A stretch of 64,000 nucleotides of DNA from Candidatus Shapirobacteria bacterium (GTDB taxonomy: Bacteria; Patescibacteriota; Microgenomatia; UBA12405): NCBI GenBank assembly GCA_041661765.1, contig JBAZTV010000001.1:7755-71754 (forward strand). Direction: 5' to 3'. The notes under the pieces were generated by a model. It was given only the letters and a program-made list of their open reading frames with translations. It did no database searches and was not told where the DNA came from. Shown one piece after another: positions 54,263-64,000 of the stretch (positions are counted from its first letter, which is position 1; every line of letters starts with the position of its first letter). The translations under genes and the position numbers were made by a program.

Positions 54263-54663
54263 TTTATTTTAGAAATTTGAAATTCAAAACTATCTGTTTT
54301 AAATAGTGGATTTTTTTCCAACCATTCTTTAAATTCAGTCTCAGCTTTATCTTTATCTTCTTCTTTTTCAATTAAAATTACCAACACCCCAGGTTTTAAA
54401 TACCCTGCTATTTCCATTATTTTACCTTTATAAGGTATTACTACCACCTCATTATTTTCAGATCTAGGATTGTCAGACTCATATTCAATTATAGTTGGTG
54501 TTATTATTTGTGTCGGTACTACAATCTGGCTTGGTGGCGTAATAGTAATATTTTCAGTATTATTAGTTTGTGTACTTCCATAAAAAACCTTTAATATAAT
54601 TAACACTATTACCAAAAAACCTAAAAAAAACAACATAAAATATTTTTTTAAAAATTCAATCAT
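54259..54663 (-). CDS. Hypothetical membrane-anchored protein
   Basis: N-terminal TM and Thr/Pro linker. Confidence 0.6.
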   Translation of the reverse strand: MIEFLKKYFMLFFLGFLVIVLIILKVFYGSTQTNNTENITITPPSQIVVPTQIITPTIIEYESDNPRSENNEVVVIPYKGKIMEIAGYLKPGVLVILIEKEEDKDKAETEFKEWLEKNPLFKTDSFEFQISKIN

Positions 54664-54682
54664 TGTTTTATTCTAACTTAAT

Positions 54683-56617
54683 TTATAAAATTCTTGCAAA
54701 TTTTGTAAATCTTGAATAAGTTCCCATTTTTACAAAACCCGATCCTCCTCCACAAATATCAAGATTTCCCCCGGCTCCATCATGAATCCATAATAAATTA
54801 CCAGATGAATCTCTTCCTGCAAAAATTCCAATATGATCATTTGATCCCTCAATTCCTATATCACCCAATTGTAGGCTATTACTTGATATGCTTTTATCTT
54901 TCGCGCCAGCATAAATACTTGCCACATTACCCCTAGTCTCTATTCCAAGTTGATGGTAAGTCCAAATTACAAAACCAGAACAATCTAATCCATAAACATT
55001 TCTATCTGATCCAGAAGGAGAATTATTATTACCAAAGTTAGTAGTACCCCAATTCATATCAATGCCCCTCACTGGTTCACCAGATTGGTGACCTCCACCA
55101 TACCAGTAACAAACTTTGTTTAATAAAGAGCTAGCCATATCCACCACCATTTGTCCTGTAACTGTTTGGTTTGGATCAACTGTTGGTAAAACAATCGGAC
55201 CTGAAGATGAGATATATGGGGTTTCTGAAAATATAGAAGTGGAAGTTTCTGCTTCTTCCGGTGGTACTAAACTTGAAACTGAATTTCCCATTAATATTTG
55301 ATATCCAAATAATCCCCCAAAAACTAAAAGTATTATTGGTCCCATCACTGCTGCCGATACTGCTCCAATTAAAAGAAACGGCAAACCCACAATAAACATA
55401 CCACCACCAATAATTGCCCCACCTACTTTTCCAAAATTTTCTTCCAAACCCTTTTTAATTCCTATTCCCAATTTTTCCGCTATTTTACTAACTACATTTT
55501 TTAATATTTTAGCCGCCGCCGCTACTGCCACCACAATCGCCCCTATTCCAGTTGCCGAAATTGCCGCTGCCCCAGCTGCGGTTGCCGCTCCTGCCGCCGC
55601 CGCAGTACCAGTCGTTGCCGCTGCTTTAACTCCACCACTTAAAATTCCACTTAAAACCGTTGAAATACCCTTTTGAAAACCTTGTTCTGCTATGACGCCT
55701 AAAGAATTTTTTGCAAATTCACTAATTGCTTGATTTCCAATTTTGCTTATTAACTTTTGTTTTGTCCCAAACATTGTCTTATTCAGCCATCCGCCTGTCA
55801 ATTTATCCACTCTTCTATACCAACCCAAATAACCTTGAGTTCTAGAAAATAAATTACTCACACCCTGATCGTTAAAACCAGAAATTACATTTTCAAATGA
55901 TCGCACTTCTTTTATATCCTTCGGAAGATTTACATTTTTTAAGACACCTCTAATTGATTCATATCTATTTTTAATTTCTTTTACTTCTTCCGGCTTCTTA
56001 GTTAAGAAATTAGTTACGCCTCTTAAATCAGTCCAAGCATTCTCTAACTTACCTGGACCAAATTGGTTATTATTTTGTAGTGCCTCGTCTTTTTGCTCGT
56101 CAATTATACTTTCACTAAAATATATTTCCGAAACTAACTTCCCATACGCCCTTACATTATTTGATTCTTCTGCCTTCAAATCGGGATTCATTTTTTTAGT
56201 TTCTTCTAGTAGTTTTTTTTCAAAAACTTCCTTTTTAAACTCATTTATTCCATCTACATTTTCTTTCTTCCACTTATTCATCTCTATTTTTATTTTTTTT
56301 ACTTCAATCTCCGTCTCTTTTTTATCTTCTACTATTAAATTTTTTGAAACCACTTCTATCAAATCTTTTATTTCTTCTCCACTTGTTTTTATCTCTTCTT
56401 CTCCAAAAATAGACTTAATTTTAGATTCAAGTTCATTTTTTAGATTACCATCCCCATTTAAATTTTTTGTTATTTTTTCACCTAATTCTACTATTTTCTG
56501 TTCAACTGGATTTTTATTTTTTTTGTAATCATCTATATTAAAAACTTTCGCACCACCAGAAAAAACATCTCGATCAATATCTTGTAAAGCTGAACTTCCA
56601 TCCGTTCTGTTTGCCAT
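54683..56617 (-). CDS. Membrane protein with C-terminal NlpC/P60 peptidase domain
   Basis: YWYGG...GLDCSGFV...GD...HIGI...IH; Ala/Gly-rich TM region. Confidence 0.85.
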   Translation of the reverse strand: MANRTDGSSALQDIDRDVFSGGAKVFNIDDYKKNKNPVEQKIVELGEKITKNLNGDGNLKNELESKIKSIFGEEEIKTSGEEIKDLIEVVSKNLIVEDKKETEIEVKKIKIEMNKWKKENVDGINEFKKEVFEKKLLEETKKMNPDLKAEESNNVRAYGKLVSEIYFSESIIDEQKDEALQNNNQFGPGKLENAWTDLRGVTNFLTKKPEEVKEIKNRYESIRGVLKNVNLPKDIKEVRSFENVISGFNDQGVSNLFSRTQGYLGWYRRVDKLTGGWLNKTMFGTKQKLISKIGNQAISEFAKNSLGVIAEQGFQKGISTVLSGILSGGVKAAATTGTAAAAGAATAAGAAAISATGIGAIVVAVAAAAKILKNVVSKIAEKLGIGIKKGLEENFGKVGGAIIGGGMFIVGLPFLLIGAVSAAVMGPIILLVFGGLFGYQILMGNSVSSLVPPEEAETSTSIFSETPYISSSGPIVLPTVDPNQTVTGQMVVDMASSLLNKVCYWYGGGHQSGEPVRGIDMNWGTTNFGNNNSPSGSDRNVYGLDCSGFVIWTYHQLGIETRGNVASIYAGAKDKSISSNSLQLGDIGIEGSNDHIGIFAGRDSSGNLLWIHDGAGGNLDICGGGSGFVKMGTYSRFTKFARIL

Positions 56618-56635
56618 TACCAAATTATATCAATC

Positions 56636-59221
56636 TTAAACTATCCCGTCTCCAAACAATTTATCATAATCCATCTTATTGTCTTCTTTTTTAAATTCTC
56701 CCTTGTCAAGGGGAGATGTCGATTTATCGACAGAGGGGTTTGAATCAAATATTGGTTGTGGTTTTCTTGCCAATTGTGGTGGTTGAGGTATTCTTTGTTC
56801 TTCAGTTTTAACAAAAATCGGTTTTTTATTTTCCGAGACCACTACAACTTCTGGCCTTTTAAATAACACCGACTCAGTTTTTAACTCCGGTTTTATTTCA
56901 GTCATCGCTACTGTGGGATTAAAGGAGGTGTTCCGCAGTGGCGGAACGGAGGGTTTTACTTCAATTTCCACTGGTTTTATTTCGGGAACACTAACTTTAG
57001 GAGTAAAATTAATGGTTCTTATTTCATCAGTTTTATTAGCAGTCAATGCTGACTCAACTGGTTTTACCTCCATCGGTTTTATTTCTAAAACATTAAAATT
57101 AGTTGTCGTTTCAGGCATTTTAATCTCCATTGATTTTATTTGCCCTGCCCTGTCAAGGGAAGGGTTAGTGAAGGGTTTAGGTACTTCTGGTGGGACTGAG
57201 GGGTTTTGAACCGGAATTTTATTTTCAATCTCTACAGTTTTTATTTCTGGAATATTAAATTTTGGCGCCACTGGAGTCGTTTTTACCTCGACTGGTTTTA
57301 AGTCTCCCTTGTCAAAGGGAGATTTAGAGGGATTGAAAACAGCTGATGGGTTTTGAAACGGTTTCGTTTCTATCGGTTTAATTAGTGGTTTCATTCCATT
57401 ATTTGGCTTTTGATCACTCAATAAACTTTGCTTTTTTAAAATATCTTCTGGATTAGAAGTAATTAAATTATGTTCATCAGCCGAAGCAATTATTTGAATT
57501 GCCACATGGTTTTGCCCAGCAAAGAAAATTCCTTCACCTTTACTTGCCGATAATAATAATTGTTTTTCTCCCTGACTCAAATAAAATACTTCTCCAATTT
57601 GGTCAATAGCCGCACTATGTTGTTTTAATAAAATTTGAATTGAACTATTAGTAACTATTTCTTTACCATAAGCAGTTTTCAAAAAATCATCAACATCTTG
57701 GGTAATTGTTGTCACTCCCAAATAGTATTTTCTGCCTCTTTTAACAATTCCTCTTAAAAATTCAGCTGAATCATCATGTTGCATCAAATACCAGGCTTCA
57801 TCCACCACCAATATTCTTTTTTTCAATGTCTTTTTAACAACCGTCCAAATATAATCCAAAATAATTTGCATTGCCACAGGTCTCAAAGCATCTTCCAAAT
57901 TTCTAATTCCAAAAACTACAAATTTATTAGTTAAATTAACCGTTGTCTTTTGGTTAAAAATTCCCGAAAAGGATCCTTTAATATATTTTTCCAATCTGGC
58001 TGCCAAACCTTTAGCTTTTTCATCTTCCATTCCAATCAAAGATTTATACAAATCCTCAATTAATGGTGGTTCTTTGTCTTGAGTTACTGGATCAGGAGTA
58101 ATCCCTTTCATCTTATAAGCATCCATCATTGCTCTATCCATAATTGATTCCTCAATCGGATCCATTTCACCCAACATCACTTTTAATAGTTTATGTAAAG
58201 ATAAGATCTTAGTATTTAAACCATTTTCACCCTGTTCTTCGGCTAAAGTTAAATCAAACGGATTAATTTTTGAACCTTCACCATAACCAAATGCAATATA
58301 TTGGCCGCCAGAATTATCACACAATTCTTTGTATTCATTTTCCGGGTCAATCACAATAACATCCGTTCCCATCATTAATGATCTAAGAACCTCCAATTTA
58401 ATTAAATAAGATTTACCAGCTCCAGCCATAGCAAAAACAACTGAATTATAATTTGGCATTGAAAATCTATCAAAAATTACCAAAGACCCATTATGCATAT
58501 TAATCCCATACATAATTCCCTGATCATCTGATAAATCTGACGACACAAAAGGGAAAGTAGTTGCCAAAGAGGTAGTATCCATATTTCGACTAACTGCCAA
58601 TCTATCTTGGCAAATAGGTAAAGTCGATACAAATCCATCTTCCATTTGTAACGTCGCTTTTTTACTTATAATCAACAACGATCCCAAGGCTGCCTCTAAA
58701 TTTTTATTTACTCTATCCAGTTCAACTATAGAATCAGCCGTTATCGTTACATAAAGTCCAAATTGAAAAAATCTTTCTTCGCCTTTAACCAAATTAGCCT
58801 GCAAATTCAAAGCATCCTCCAATTTCGCTTGTGTTGCTGGATTAATCAATCTACCCCTTTGAATATCAGTACTTAACTCGGCCTCCATTTCTGTGATTTT
58901 TCGGCGAAGATCATCTAAAACTTCTTTTCCATCGGTCGGATAAATAAACATTGAAATATTTAAAGAAGAATCAAAGTTAATCAATGACGACAACCAATTA
59001 ATTCCCACAAATCTCGGATATGCCGCAACAAATAAAGTTCGATAATATTTATTATCAATTCTAATATGGTTAAAATCCACTTCCAAAGCTGATGGAGCAA
59101 TTATATCTTTAGTTGTCACCAACCCTTGAGTGAAATCTCTTTTATTTGGATCAACTACCTCTGTTGGTGTTGCTGGATTATTTACTACTGTTGTTTTTTT
59201 ATTAATATTAAAAAGTTTCAT
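56636..59221 (-). CDS. VirB4-like ATPase with a long low-complexity, repeat-derived C-terminal tail
   Basis: FAMAGAGKSY Walker A; IDPENEY; VVDEAW Walker B; RGRKY; TQDV. Confidence 0.9.
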   Translation of the reverse strand: MKLFNINKKTTVVNNPATPTEVVDPNKRDFTQGLVTTKDIIAPSALEVDFNHIRIDNKYYRTLFVAAYPRFVGINWLSSLINFDSSLNISMFIYPTDGKEVLDDLRRKITEMEAELSTDIQRGRLINPATQAKLEDALNLQANLVKGEERFFQFGLYVTITADSIVELDRVNKNLEAALGSLLIISKKATLQMEDGFVSTLPICQDRLAVSRNMDTTSLATTFPFVSSDLSDDQGIMYGINMHNGSLVIFDRFSMPNYNSVVFAMAGAGKSYLIKLEVLRSLMMGTDVIVIDPENEYKELCDNSGGQYIAFGYGEGSKINPFDLTLAEEQGENGLNTKILSLHKLLKVMLGEMDPIEESIMDRAMMDAYKMKGITPDPVTQDKEPPLIEDLYKSLIGMEDEKAKGLAARLEKYIKGSFSGIFNQKTTVNLTNKFVVFGIRNLEDALRPVAMQIILDYIWTVVKKTLKKRILVVDEAWYLMQHDDSAEFLRGIVKRGRKYYLGVTTITQDVDDFLKTAYGKEIVTNSSIQILLKQHSAAIDQIGEVFYLSQGEKQLLLSASKGEGIFFAGQNHVAIQIIASADEHNLITSNPEDILKKQSLLSDQKPNNGMKPLIKPIETKPFQNPSAVFNPSKSPFDKGDLKPVEVKTTPVAPKFNIPEIKTVEIENKIPVQNPSVPPEVPKPFTNPSLDRAGQIKSMEIKMPETTTNFNVLEIKPMEVKPVESALTANKTDEIRTINFTPKVSVPEIKPVEIEVKPSVPPLRNTSFNPTVAMTEIKPELKTESVLFKRPEVVVVSENKKPIFVKTEEQRIPQPPQLARKPQPIFDSNPSVDKSTSPLDKGEFKKEDNKMDYDKLFGDGIV

Positions 59222-59925
59222 TCCATTTGCCCTCCTGTCACTACCGGTGCTTGATAATTTACATTTTGAACCTTTTGGCTAACGGCAGTTTCTTCATTAT
59301 AAGTTCTATAAAAAAGATCAATTACTTCTTTATTATTCAAAGGTTTTATTTCCAACCCTAGTCTCGAAAAAAGTCTCAATAAGTGATCTACTTTTGGTTC
59401 CAAATTAATTTTAGCCTTTTCTAAAATATATTCTTTAGTAAATGGTAATTCCTGACCCCTGCCTTGCTGTAAAAACATTTTTATTCCTTTAGTTCCACCA
59501 GTTTTAATTCCCAACTCCAAAGACGAAAAAGTAATCGCAATATAAAACGATTTTGATAAAATATCACTCTTTTTAACTGTTTCTTCGATAAATTTTCTAT
59601 ATAGACTAATCCTTTCCTTTAGGCGCGGGTTTAATTGCTTTTCCTCCATATTTTGCAAATTTTTTAAATAAGAACTTACATCTTTGGCATGTGATTGAAT
59701 AATAATTTGTATTGGAAAATTTAAAGAATTTATAATTCCTCCATAAGCAAAGACTAAAGCCGATTGTTCTGGCTCAGACAACAAATCAAAATTAACAGAC
59801 GACACACTTAATACCTTTGAGCAAGATCCATCTTTCATAATCACAATCCCATCAACCACATCTTCTATTGGTAAATGTTCCTGAGTACTTCCTTTAATAG
59901 CAATCTTTAGTGGATCTGTTGGCAT
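59218..59925 (-). CDS. VirB4-associated conserved protein
   Basis: VSSVNFDLLSEPEQ...NSLNFPIQI; overlaps the VirB4 start. Confidence 0.7.
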   Translation of the reverse strand: MPTDPLKIAIKGSTQEHLPIEDVVDGIVIMKDGSCSKVLSVSSVNFDLLSEPEQSALVFAYGGIINSLNFPIQIIIQSHAKDVSSYLKNLQNMEEKQLNPRLKERISLYRKFIEETVKKSDILSKSFYIAITFSSLELGIKTGGTKGIKMFLQQGRGQELPFTKEYILEKAKINLEPKVDHLLRLFSRLGLEIKPLNNKEVIDLFYRTYNEETAVSQKVQNVNYQAPVVTGGQME

Positions 59926-59928
59926 ATT

Positions 59929-60843
59929 TTAATTATTAGAAATAATTCTAATTGGTTGAACTATTTGTTCATTTAAATCTATATTAACTCTATCAAAATT
60001 ATAACCATCTTTTTCCGCAATTATCAGATATCTACCATTTGCCAAAGGAGTTGTTATTTTAAATTGACCTAAAGAATTTGTTTTTAATACCCTTGAAGGG
60101 TTTCCTTGTTCATCTTGGACTTCAATAATTACTCCATCAATTATCGCTCCCTCCATATTCGTTGCCATACCCACTATTACATTAGGTACTTCTGGAATAT
60201 CTGGCATTGGAATAGAGCCAAAAATTGCTTTTCCTGTCGCTCCTAATTTTTCTGTTTTAAGATTTAAATTTGCTTTTTGATCTTTCCAATCTTCTACTTT
60301 TTCTTCAACTTTTTCACTCGGACTTACTTCTACTGCTAGTTTTTTTTCAGTGATTATTTTTTTAATTTCAGGTTTTGCTTCAAGTTCTATATTAATTTCT
60401 TCTTTAGTTCCACCTTTTTTTATTCCAATTACACCTATTGCATCTTTTAATTTATTTCCCCAAAGATTAGATTTTAATCGTCCTCCAGTCATTACAATAT
60501 CATCTTCATTCTGGTTTATATTTTTTGTTAAATCTAAATCAAGCCAATTTTTATTAGCCTTTCTCCGATAAATATAAATTGTTGGTGAATAAATTGCTTT
60601 TAAAAATGAAAAAATCCATACTTCCAATGGTCTATCCTCGAAAGGTATAAAAGCCAAAACTAATCCACCCCCAGCAAAAAGTAATATTAACGGCCACTTT
60701 ACCAAAATTATTAATTTAGTTGAATTAATCATTATTGCCAAAACTATTCCCACTGCCGCCTTCAAAAATTGCTTCAACGTCATATCTCCCACAAGTTTAA
60801 ATTCATAGGATGATATTTGCTGTGGAATCGCGTGCTGTTCCAT
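59929..60843 (-). CDS. PrgI-family protein with C-terminal carboxypeptidase-regulatory-like domain
   Basis: MEQHAIPQQISSYEFKLVGDMTLKQF; DRPLE.W; TNSLGQF...GRY. Confidence 0.85.
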   Translation of the reverse strand: MEQHAIPQQISSYEFKLVGDMTLKQFLKAAVGIVLAIMINSTKLIILVKWPLILLFAGGGLVLAFIPFEDRPLEVWIFSFLKAIYSPTIYIYRRKANKNWLDLDLTKNINQNEDDIVMTGGRLKSNLWGNKLKDAIGVIGIKKGGTKEEINIELEAKPEIKKIITEKKLAVEVSPSEKVEEKVEDWKDQKANLNLKTEKLGATGKAIFGSIPMPDIPEVPNVIVGMATNMEGAIIDGVIIEVQDEQGNPSRVLKTNSLGQFKITTPLANGRYLIIAEKDGYNFDRVNIDLNEQIVQPIRIISNN

Positions 60844-60947
60844 CCTTTAATTCTACCAGTAAACGGTTTAATTTAAAATAAAAATGAAGTCGCCCTGTCA
60901 AGGGAGATGTCCGAAGGACAGAGGGTTTTAATTTGATAAACTACCTT

Positions 60948-61886
60948 ATGTCAAAATTAGTCATTGTTGATGGTCATGCCATTATTCATCGAGCCTATCA
61001 TTCAATTCCACCCTTAACTTCCAATGGTCAACCCGTCAATGCTCTCTACGGTTTTTACTCCATGCTTCTCACTGCCATAAACACTCTTAATCCTAAATAT
61101 TTAGTCGTTTGCCTCGATTCTCCCGGTCCTAATTTTCGCAACCATGAATTTTTAGGTTATCGGGCTAAACGTAAACCAGCAGATTCTGATTTAATTTCTC
61201 AATTACCATTACTAGAATCAACCTTAAAACAGGCTGAAATTACCACTTTTTCTATGGGAGGGTTTGAAGCCGATGATTTAATTGCCACTATTACTGCCAA
61301 AGCTCTCAAAAAAATAAATAAAAATAAGCGAAAGTTGATTGACGAAATTATCATTATCACTGGTGATAAAGATTTAATGCAATTAGTCGACAAAAAGGTT
61401 TCTCTTTTTGTCCCTATTCGCGGTCTTTCGGAAACTAAAATGTTTAAACCAAATGATGTCGAAGAAAAACTCGGAGTTTTACCTACTCAAGTTATCGACC
61501 TAAAGGCTCTAATGGGAGATATGTCCGACAATTACCCTGGTGTTGCTGGCATCGGTCCTAAAGTCGCCACTGATCTCCTTTCTGAATATCAAAATTTAGA
61601 CAATATTTATCAAAATTTAGACAATATTAAACCATCCATTAGGGAAAAATTAGAAAATAGTAAAGATAATGCCTATCTTTCGCAAAAATTAGCCACGCTT
61701 ATCAGTAATATTCCTCTCAATTTTAAACTTTCTTCCGCTAGATGGACCCCAACCTCTTTCACTAATTTAATTTCTCTCTTTAAAACCTTTAATTTTAAAT
61801 CTTTAGTTCAACGAGTTGAAAAACAAAATCCAATTAAAATTAATCATAAAAATGAAATCCAAACACACCAAACCTCACTATTCTAA
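60948..61886 (+). CDS. Stand-alone 5'-3' exonuclease (PolA N-terminal domain)
   Basis: VDGHAIIHRAYH; GFEADDLI; TGDKDL; GDMSDNYPGVAGIGPK; no polymerase domain. Confidence 0.92.
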   Translation: MSKLVIVDGHAIIHRAYHSIPPLTSNGQPVNALYGFYSMLLTAINTLNPKYLVVCLDSPGPNFRNHEFLGYRAKRKPADSDLISQLPLLESTLKQAEITTFSMGGFEADDLIATITAKALKKINKNKRKLIDEIIIITGDKDLMQLVDKKVSLFVPIRGLSETKMFKPNDVEEKLGVLPTQVIDLKALMGDMSDNYPGVAGIGPKVATDLLSEYQNLDNIYQNLDNIKPSIREKLENSKDNAYLSQKLATLISNIPLNFKLSSARWTPTSFTNLISLFKTFNFKSLVQRVEKQNPIKINHKNEIQTHQTSLF

Positions 61887-63105
61887 AGAAAAGTCGCCCC
61901 TGTCAAAGGGAGATGCCCGCAGGGCAGAGGGGTTTGTTCCAAAAATAGTTTTAGTCCAAGACTACATCAAAGAATTCGGAGGTGCTGAGTCCGTTCTCGA
62001 AACATTATCTGAAATTTTCCCTAAAGCTCCTATTTACACCACTCTCTATAAACCAGAATTTCTTGGTCCTCATCAATCTCGTCTCCAAAAAAAATGGGAG
62101 AGCCGGGTCCATCAAAGCTTTTTTCAATATATTCCTTTTGTCCACAAAATCATCAGCCCTCTTCGTCTTTTATCTCCCTTAGCCTTTAAATCTTTTGATT
62201 TTTCTAAGTTCGACATCATTATTACTTCAGCCACTGGTGCCTATTTCCCTAATTTAATTAACAAAAAAAGTGCCAAATTAGTTTGTTATTGCCACACTCC
62301 ACCTCGTTATCTTTATGGTCTTCCTACTGCTCGTAACTTCACTAAAAATAAATTCATTTATGCCTTAATTCAGGTTTTAAATCACCTTTTGAGAATTATC
62401 GATTTCAAATCTTCCCAAAATGTTGACCAATTTATCGCCAATTCTCAAACCACCGCCGACCGCATCAAAAAATTCTACCGCCGCGATTCCATCATTATTA
62501 ATCCGCCTATTGAAACAATAAAAGAAAAGGCGAGCGATGGTGATGTTTCCGCGCGCAATATCCGAGGTGCACTACCGAAGGGCGTGAGCACGGAAAAATT
62601 ATCATCCGAGCCATATTTCTTAACCGGTGGCCGATTAGCTCGTGCCAAACGTTACGACATCGCCATTCAAGCCTGCAATCAATTAAATTTAAAATTAAAA
62701 ATTTTCGGCCGTGATTTTGCCAATTTTTCCGATGAATTAAAAGCCATGGCTGGCCCTACTATTGAATTTTTAGGTGAAGTTACTCAAGACCAAAAAGACC
62801 TACTTTATTCCCAAGCCCAAGCTTTTATTTTTTGTTCCGACAACGAAGATTTTGGCATGGTTCCAGTCGAATCTATGGCCCATGGCTGTCCAGTCATTGC
62901 CTATAAAAGTGGGGGAACCACTGAGACTGTTATCGACAGTAAAACTGGTGTTTTTTTTGATGAATTAACCCCTAAATCATGTGCCACCGCCATTCAAAAA
63001 TTTCAAAAATTAAAAATCAATTCCAAAGACTGCATTTCCCGCGCTGCCGATTTCTCCACCGAAAAATTTGTTTCCAAAATTAAAAAACTAGTTTTTAGCC
63101 TTTAA
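61852..63105 (+). CDS. GT4 family glycosyltransferase
   Basis: GGAESVL; CYCHTPPRY; EDFGMVPVESMAHG. Confidence 0.9.
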   Translation: MKSKHTKPHYSKEKSPLSKGDARRAEGFVPKIVLVQDYIKEFGGAESVLETLSEIFPKAPIYTTLYKPEFLGPHQSRLQKKWESRVHQSFFQYIPFVHKIISPLRLLSPLAFKSFDFSKFDIIITSATGAYFPNLINKKSAKLVCYCHTPPRYLYGLPTARNFTKNKFIYALIQVLNHLLRIIDFKSSQNVDQFIANSQTTADRIKKFYRRDSIIINPPIETIKEKASDGDVSARNIRGALPKGVSTEKLSSEPYFLTGGRLARAKRYDIAIQACNQLNLKLKIFGRDFANFSDELKAMAGPTIEFLGEVTQDQKDLLYSQAQAFIFCSDNEDFGMVPVESMAHGCPVIAYKSGGTTETVIDSKTGVFFDELTPKSCATAIQKFQKLKINSKDCISRAADFSTEKFVSKIKKLVFSL

Positions 63106-63504
63106 TTTTCTCCATTCTTCATTCATTGCTTTATCTAGTGTTACCAGATCAACTTTATTTTTTTTACAATAATCCAATAAGATTAAATCCACCAAACCCA
63201 TTTTATTGTCTTTATATAAATTATCAAATACTTTTCCATCAAAATCTAATTTAGTTTCATTAATAAAACCAAAAATTTTATTATTCAACATGCTTATTTT
63301 TATTTTTTTGAGATCATTCTTTAAAATTCTCTTATATTTTAAAATTGACAACGTTTCAATTAAAACTAATAAATGAATCAAAGGTCTATCGTTCTTTTTT
63401 TGTAGTTTTTGAAAAATATCTACCGCTTTATCGTGCTGGCGATCATTAACATCATAAAAAGCAATCCATACACAGCTGTCAACTAATATTTTATTTTTTT
63501 CCAT
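63088..63504 (-). CDS. PIN-domain (VapC-like) toxin
   Basis: LVDSCVWIA...D.QH; E; LVD; TLD. Confidence 0.85.
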   Translation of the reverse strand: MEKNKILVDSCVWIAFYDVNDRQHDKAVDIFQKLQKKNDRPLIHLLVLIETLSILKYKRILKNDLKKIKISMLNNKIFGFINETKLDFDGKVFDNLYKDNKMGLVDLILLDYCKKNKVDLVTLDKAMNEEWRKLKAKN

Positions 63505-63757
63505 ATAATATCTCATCTATTCTCATACTATAATTCGTTTTTTTATTACCTTTCGGTTGTGTTGCCCAAATTTTTTCCAAATCATTCCAAAATCCATCCC
63601 AATTAGGTTTCCATTTTTTTGATTTTATTTGTGGAAATACTTTTGCCACCACCACATTCCCTCTTTTTACATTAATCGTTCCCTGACCAGCAATCATTTG
63701 GTCAATATAATTAGAGATGTTATTTCTAAAATCAGATATTTGTACTGTAATTGTCAT
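63491..63757 (-). CDS. Phd/YefM-like antitoxin
   Basis: MTITVQISDFRNNISNYID...VKRGNVVVAKV; overlaps the toxin. Confidence 0.75.
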   Translation of the reverse strand: MTITVQISDFRNNISNYIDQMIAGQGTINVKRGNVVVAKVFPQIKSKKWKPNWDGFWNDLEKIWATQPKGNKKTNYSMRIDEILYGKK

Positions 63758-63758
63758 T

Positions 63759-63786
63759 TGTACAAAAATTTTATCAAATTTGTACA
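63759..63786. promoter_or_regulatory. TA operator: two TGTACA palindromes overlapping the promoter
   Basis: TGTACA at 63759-63764 and 63781-63786 around a TGaTAAAAT extended -10 on the minus strand. Confidence 0.65.
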
Positions 63787-63799
63787 TCAAGTCAATAAC

Positions 63800-64000
63800 T
63801 TAGCCTTTCAACCATTTTTGTGTCTCCAATGCCGCTCGACAGCCTTCACCCGCCGCCAGAATTGCTTGTCGATGATTTTCATTCACACAATCTCCAGCTG
63901 CAAAAATCCCTTCCATACTAGTCATAGTTACTAATTTTTCATTTTTACCTACTATTATTTGACCTGTTTCTCTTAACTCTACCAATCCCTCCAAAAATTT
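63800..64000 (-). CDS. trxB: Thioredoxin reductase, C-terminal part
   Basis: TSMEGIFAAGDC...RQAILAAGEGCRAAL. Confidence 0.8.
   Translation of the reverse strand, partial: KFLEGLVELRETGQIIVGKNEKLVTMTSMEGIFAAGDCVNENHRQAILAAGEGCRAALETQKWLKG

Noticed and set aside
54259-60843. Integrative conjugative element
   Set aside because: No relaxase, coupling protein, integrase or att repeats seen; composition and repeat load match the chromosome.
61587-61628. 21-bp tandem duplication (YQNLDNI x2) in the 5'-3' exonuclease
   Set aside because: It falls in a naturally quasi-repetitive helix of this family with no apparent length change; probably local homogenisation.

Overview
AT-rich bacterial chromosome segment. 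The gene set suggests a Patescibacteria/CPR (Microgenomates-like) organism; this is inference from the tandem T4SS-type pilins, the DUF4012 protein, PrgI/VirB4 and the unlinked rRNA genes. The housekeeping backbone includes rho, radA, rpsA, tRNA-Ala-23S-5S (no 16S in the window), tRNA-Ile, ftsH, jag-yidC-yidD-rnpA-rpmH, dnaA-(DnaA boxes)-dnaN and a stand-alone 5'-3' exonuclease. There are also cell-surface genes, a four-gene ATP-grasp ligase operon, a split T4SS-like system and a Phd/PIN toxin-antitoxin pair. The most striking signal is a dense population of short palindromic elements, roughly 70 by eye, in about five families. The commonest family (A; CTCCC-TTGTCAA-GGGAG hairpin plus a G-rich tail or second hairpin, about 49 copies) also forms a perfect 37-bp inverted repeat around a small DUF559 (Vsr-like) endonuclease gene. 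More than 20 copies sit in frame inside proteins (Rho, RadA, VirB4, RimK-like ligases and others). Almost all copies share one strand polarity. Five family-A copies carry a second element inserted at the same nucleotide of the hairpin apex. Together this looks like a DUF559-associated, REP/RPE-like selfish palindrome system. All counts and coordinates were read manually and may be off by a few bases.
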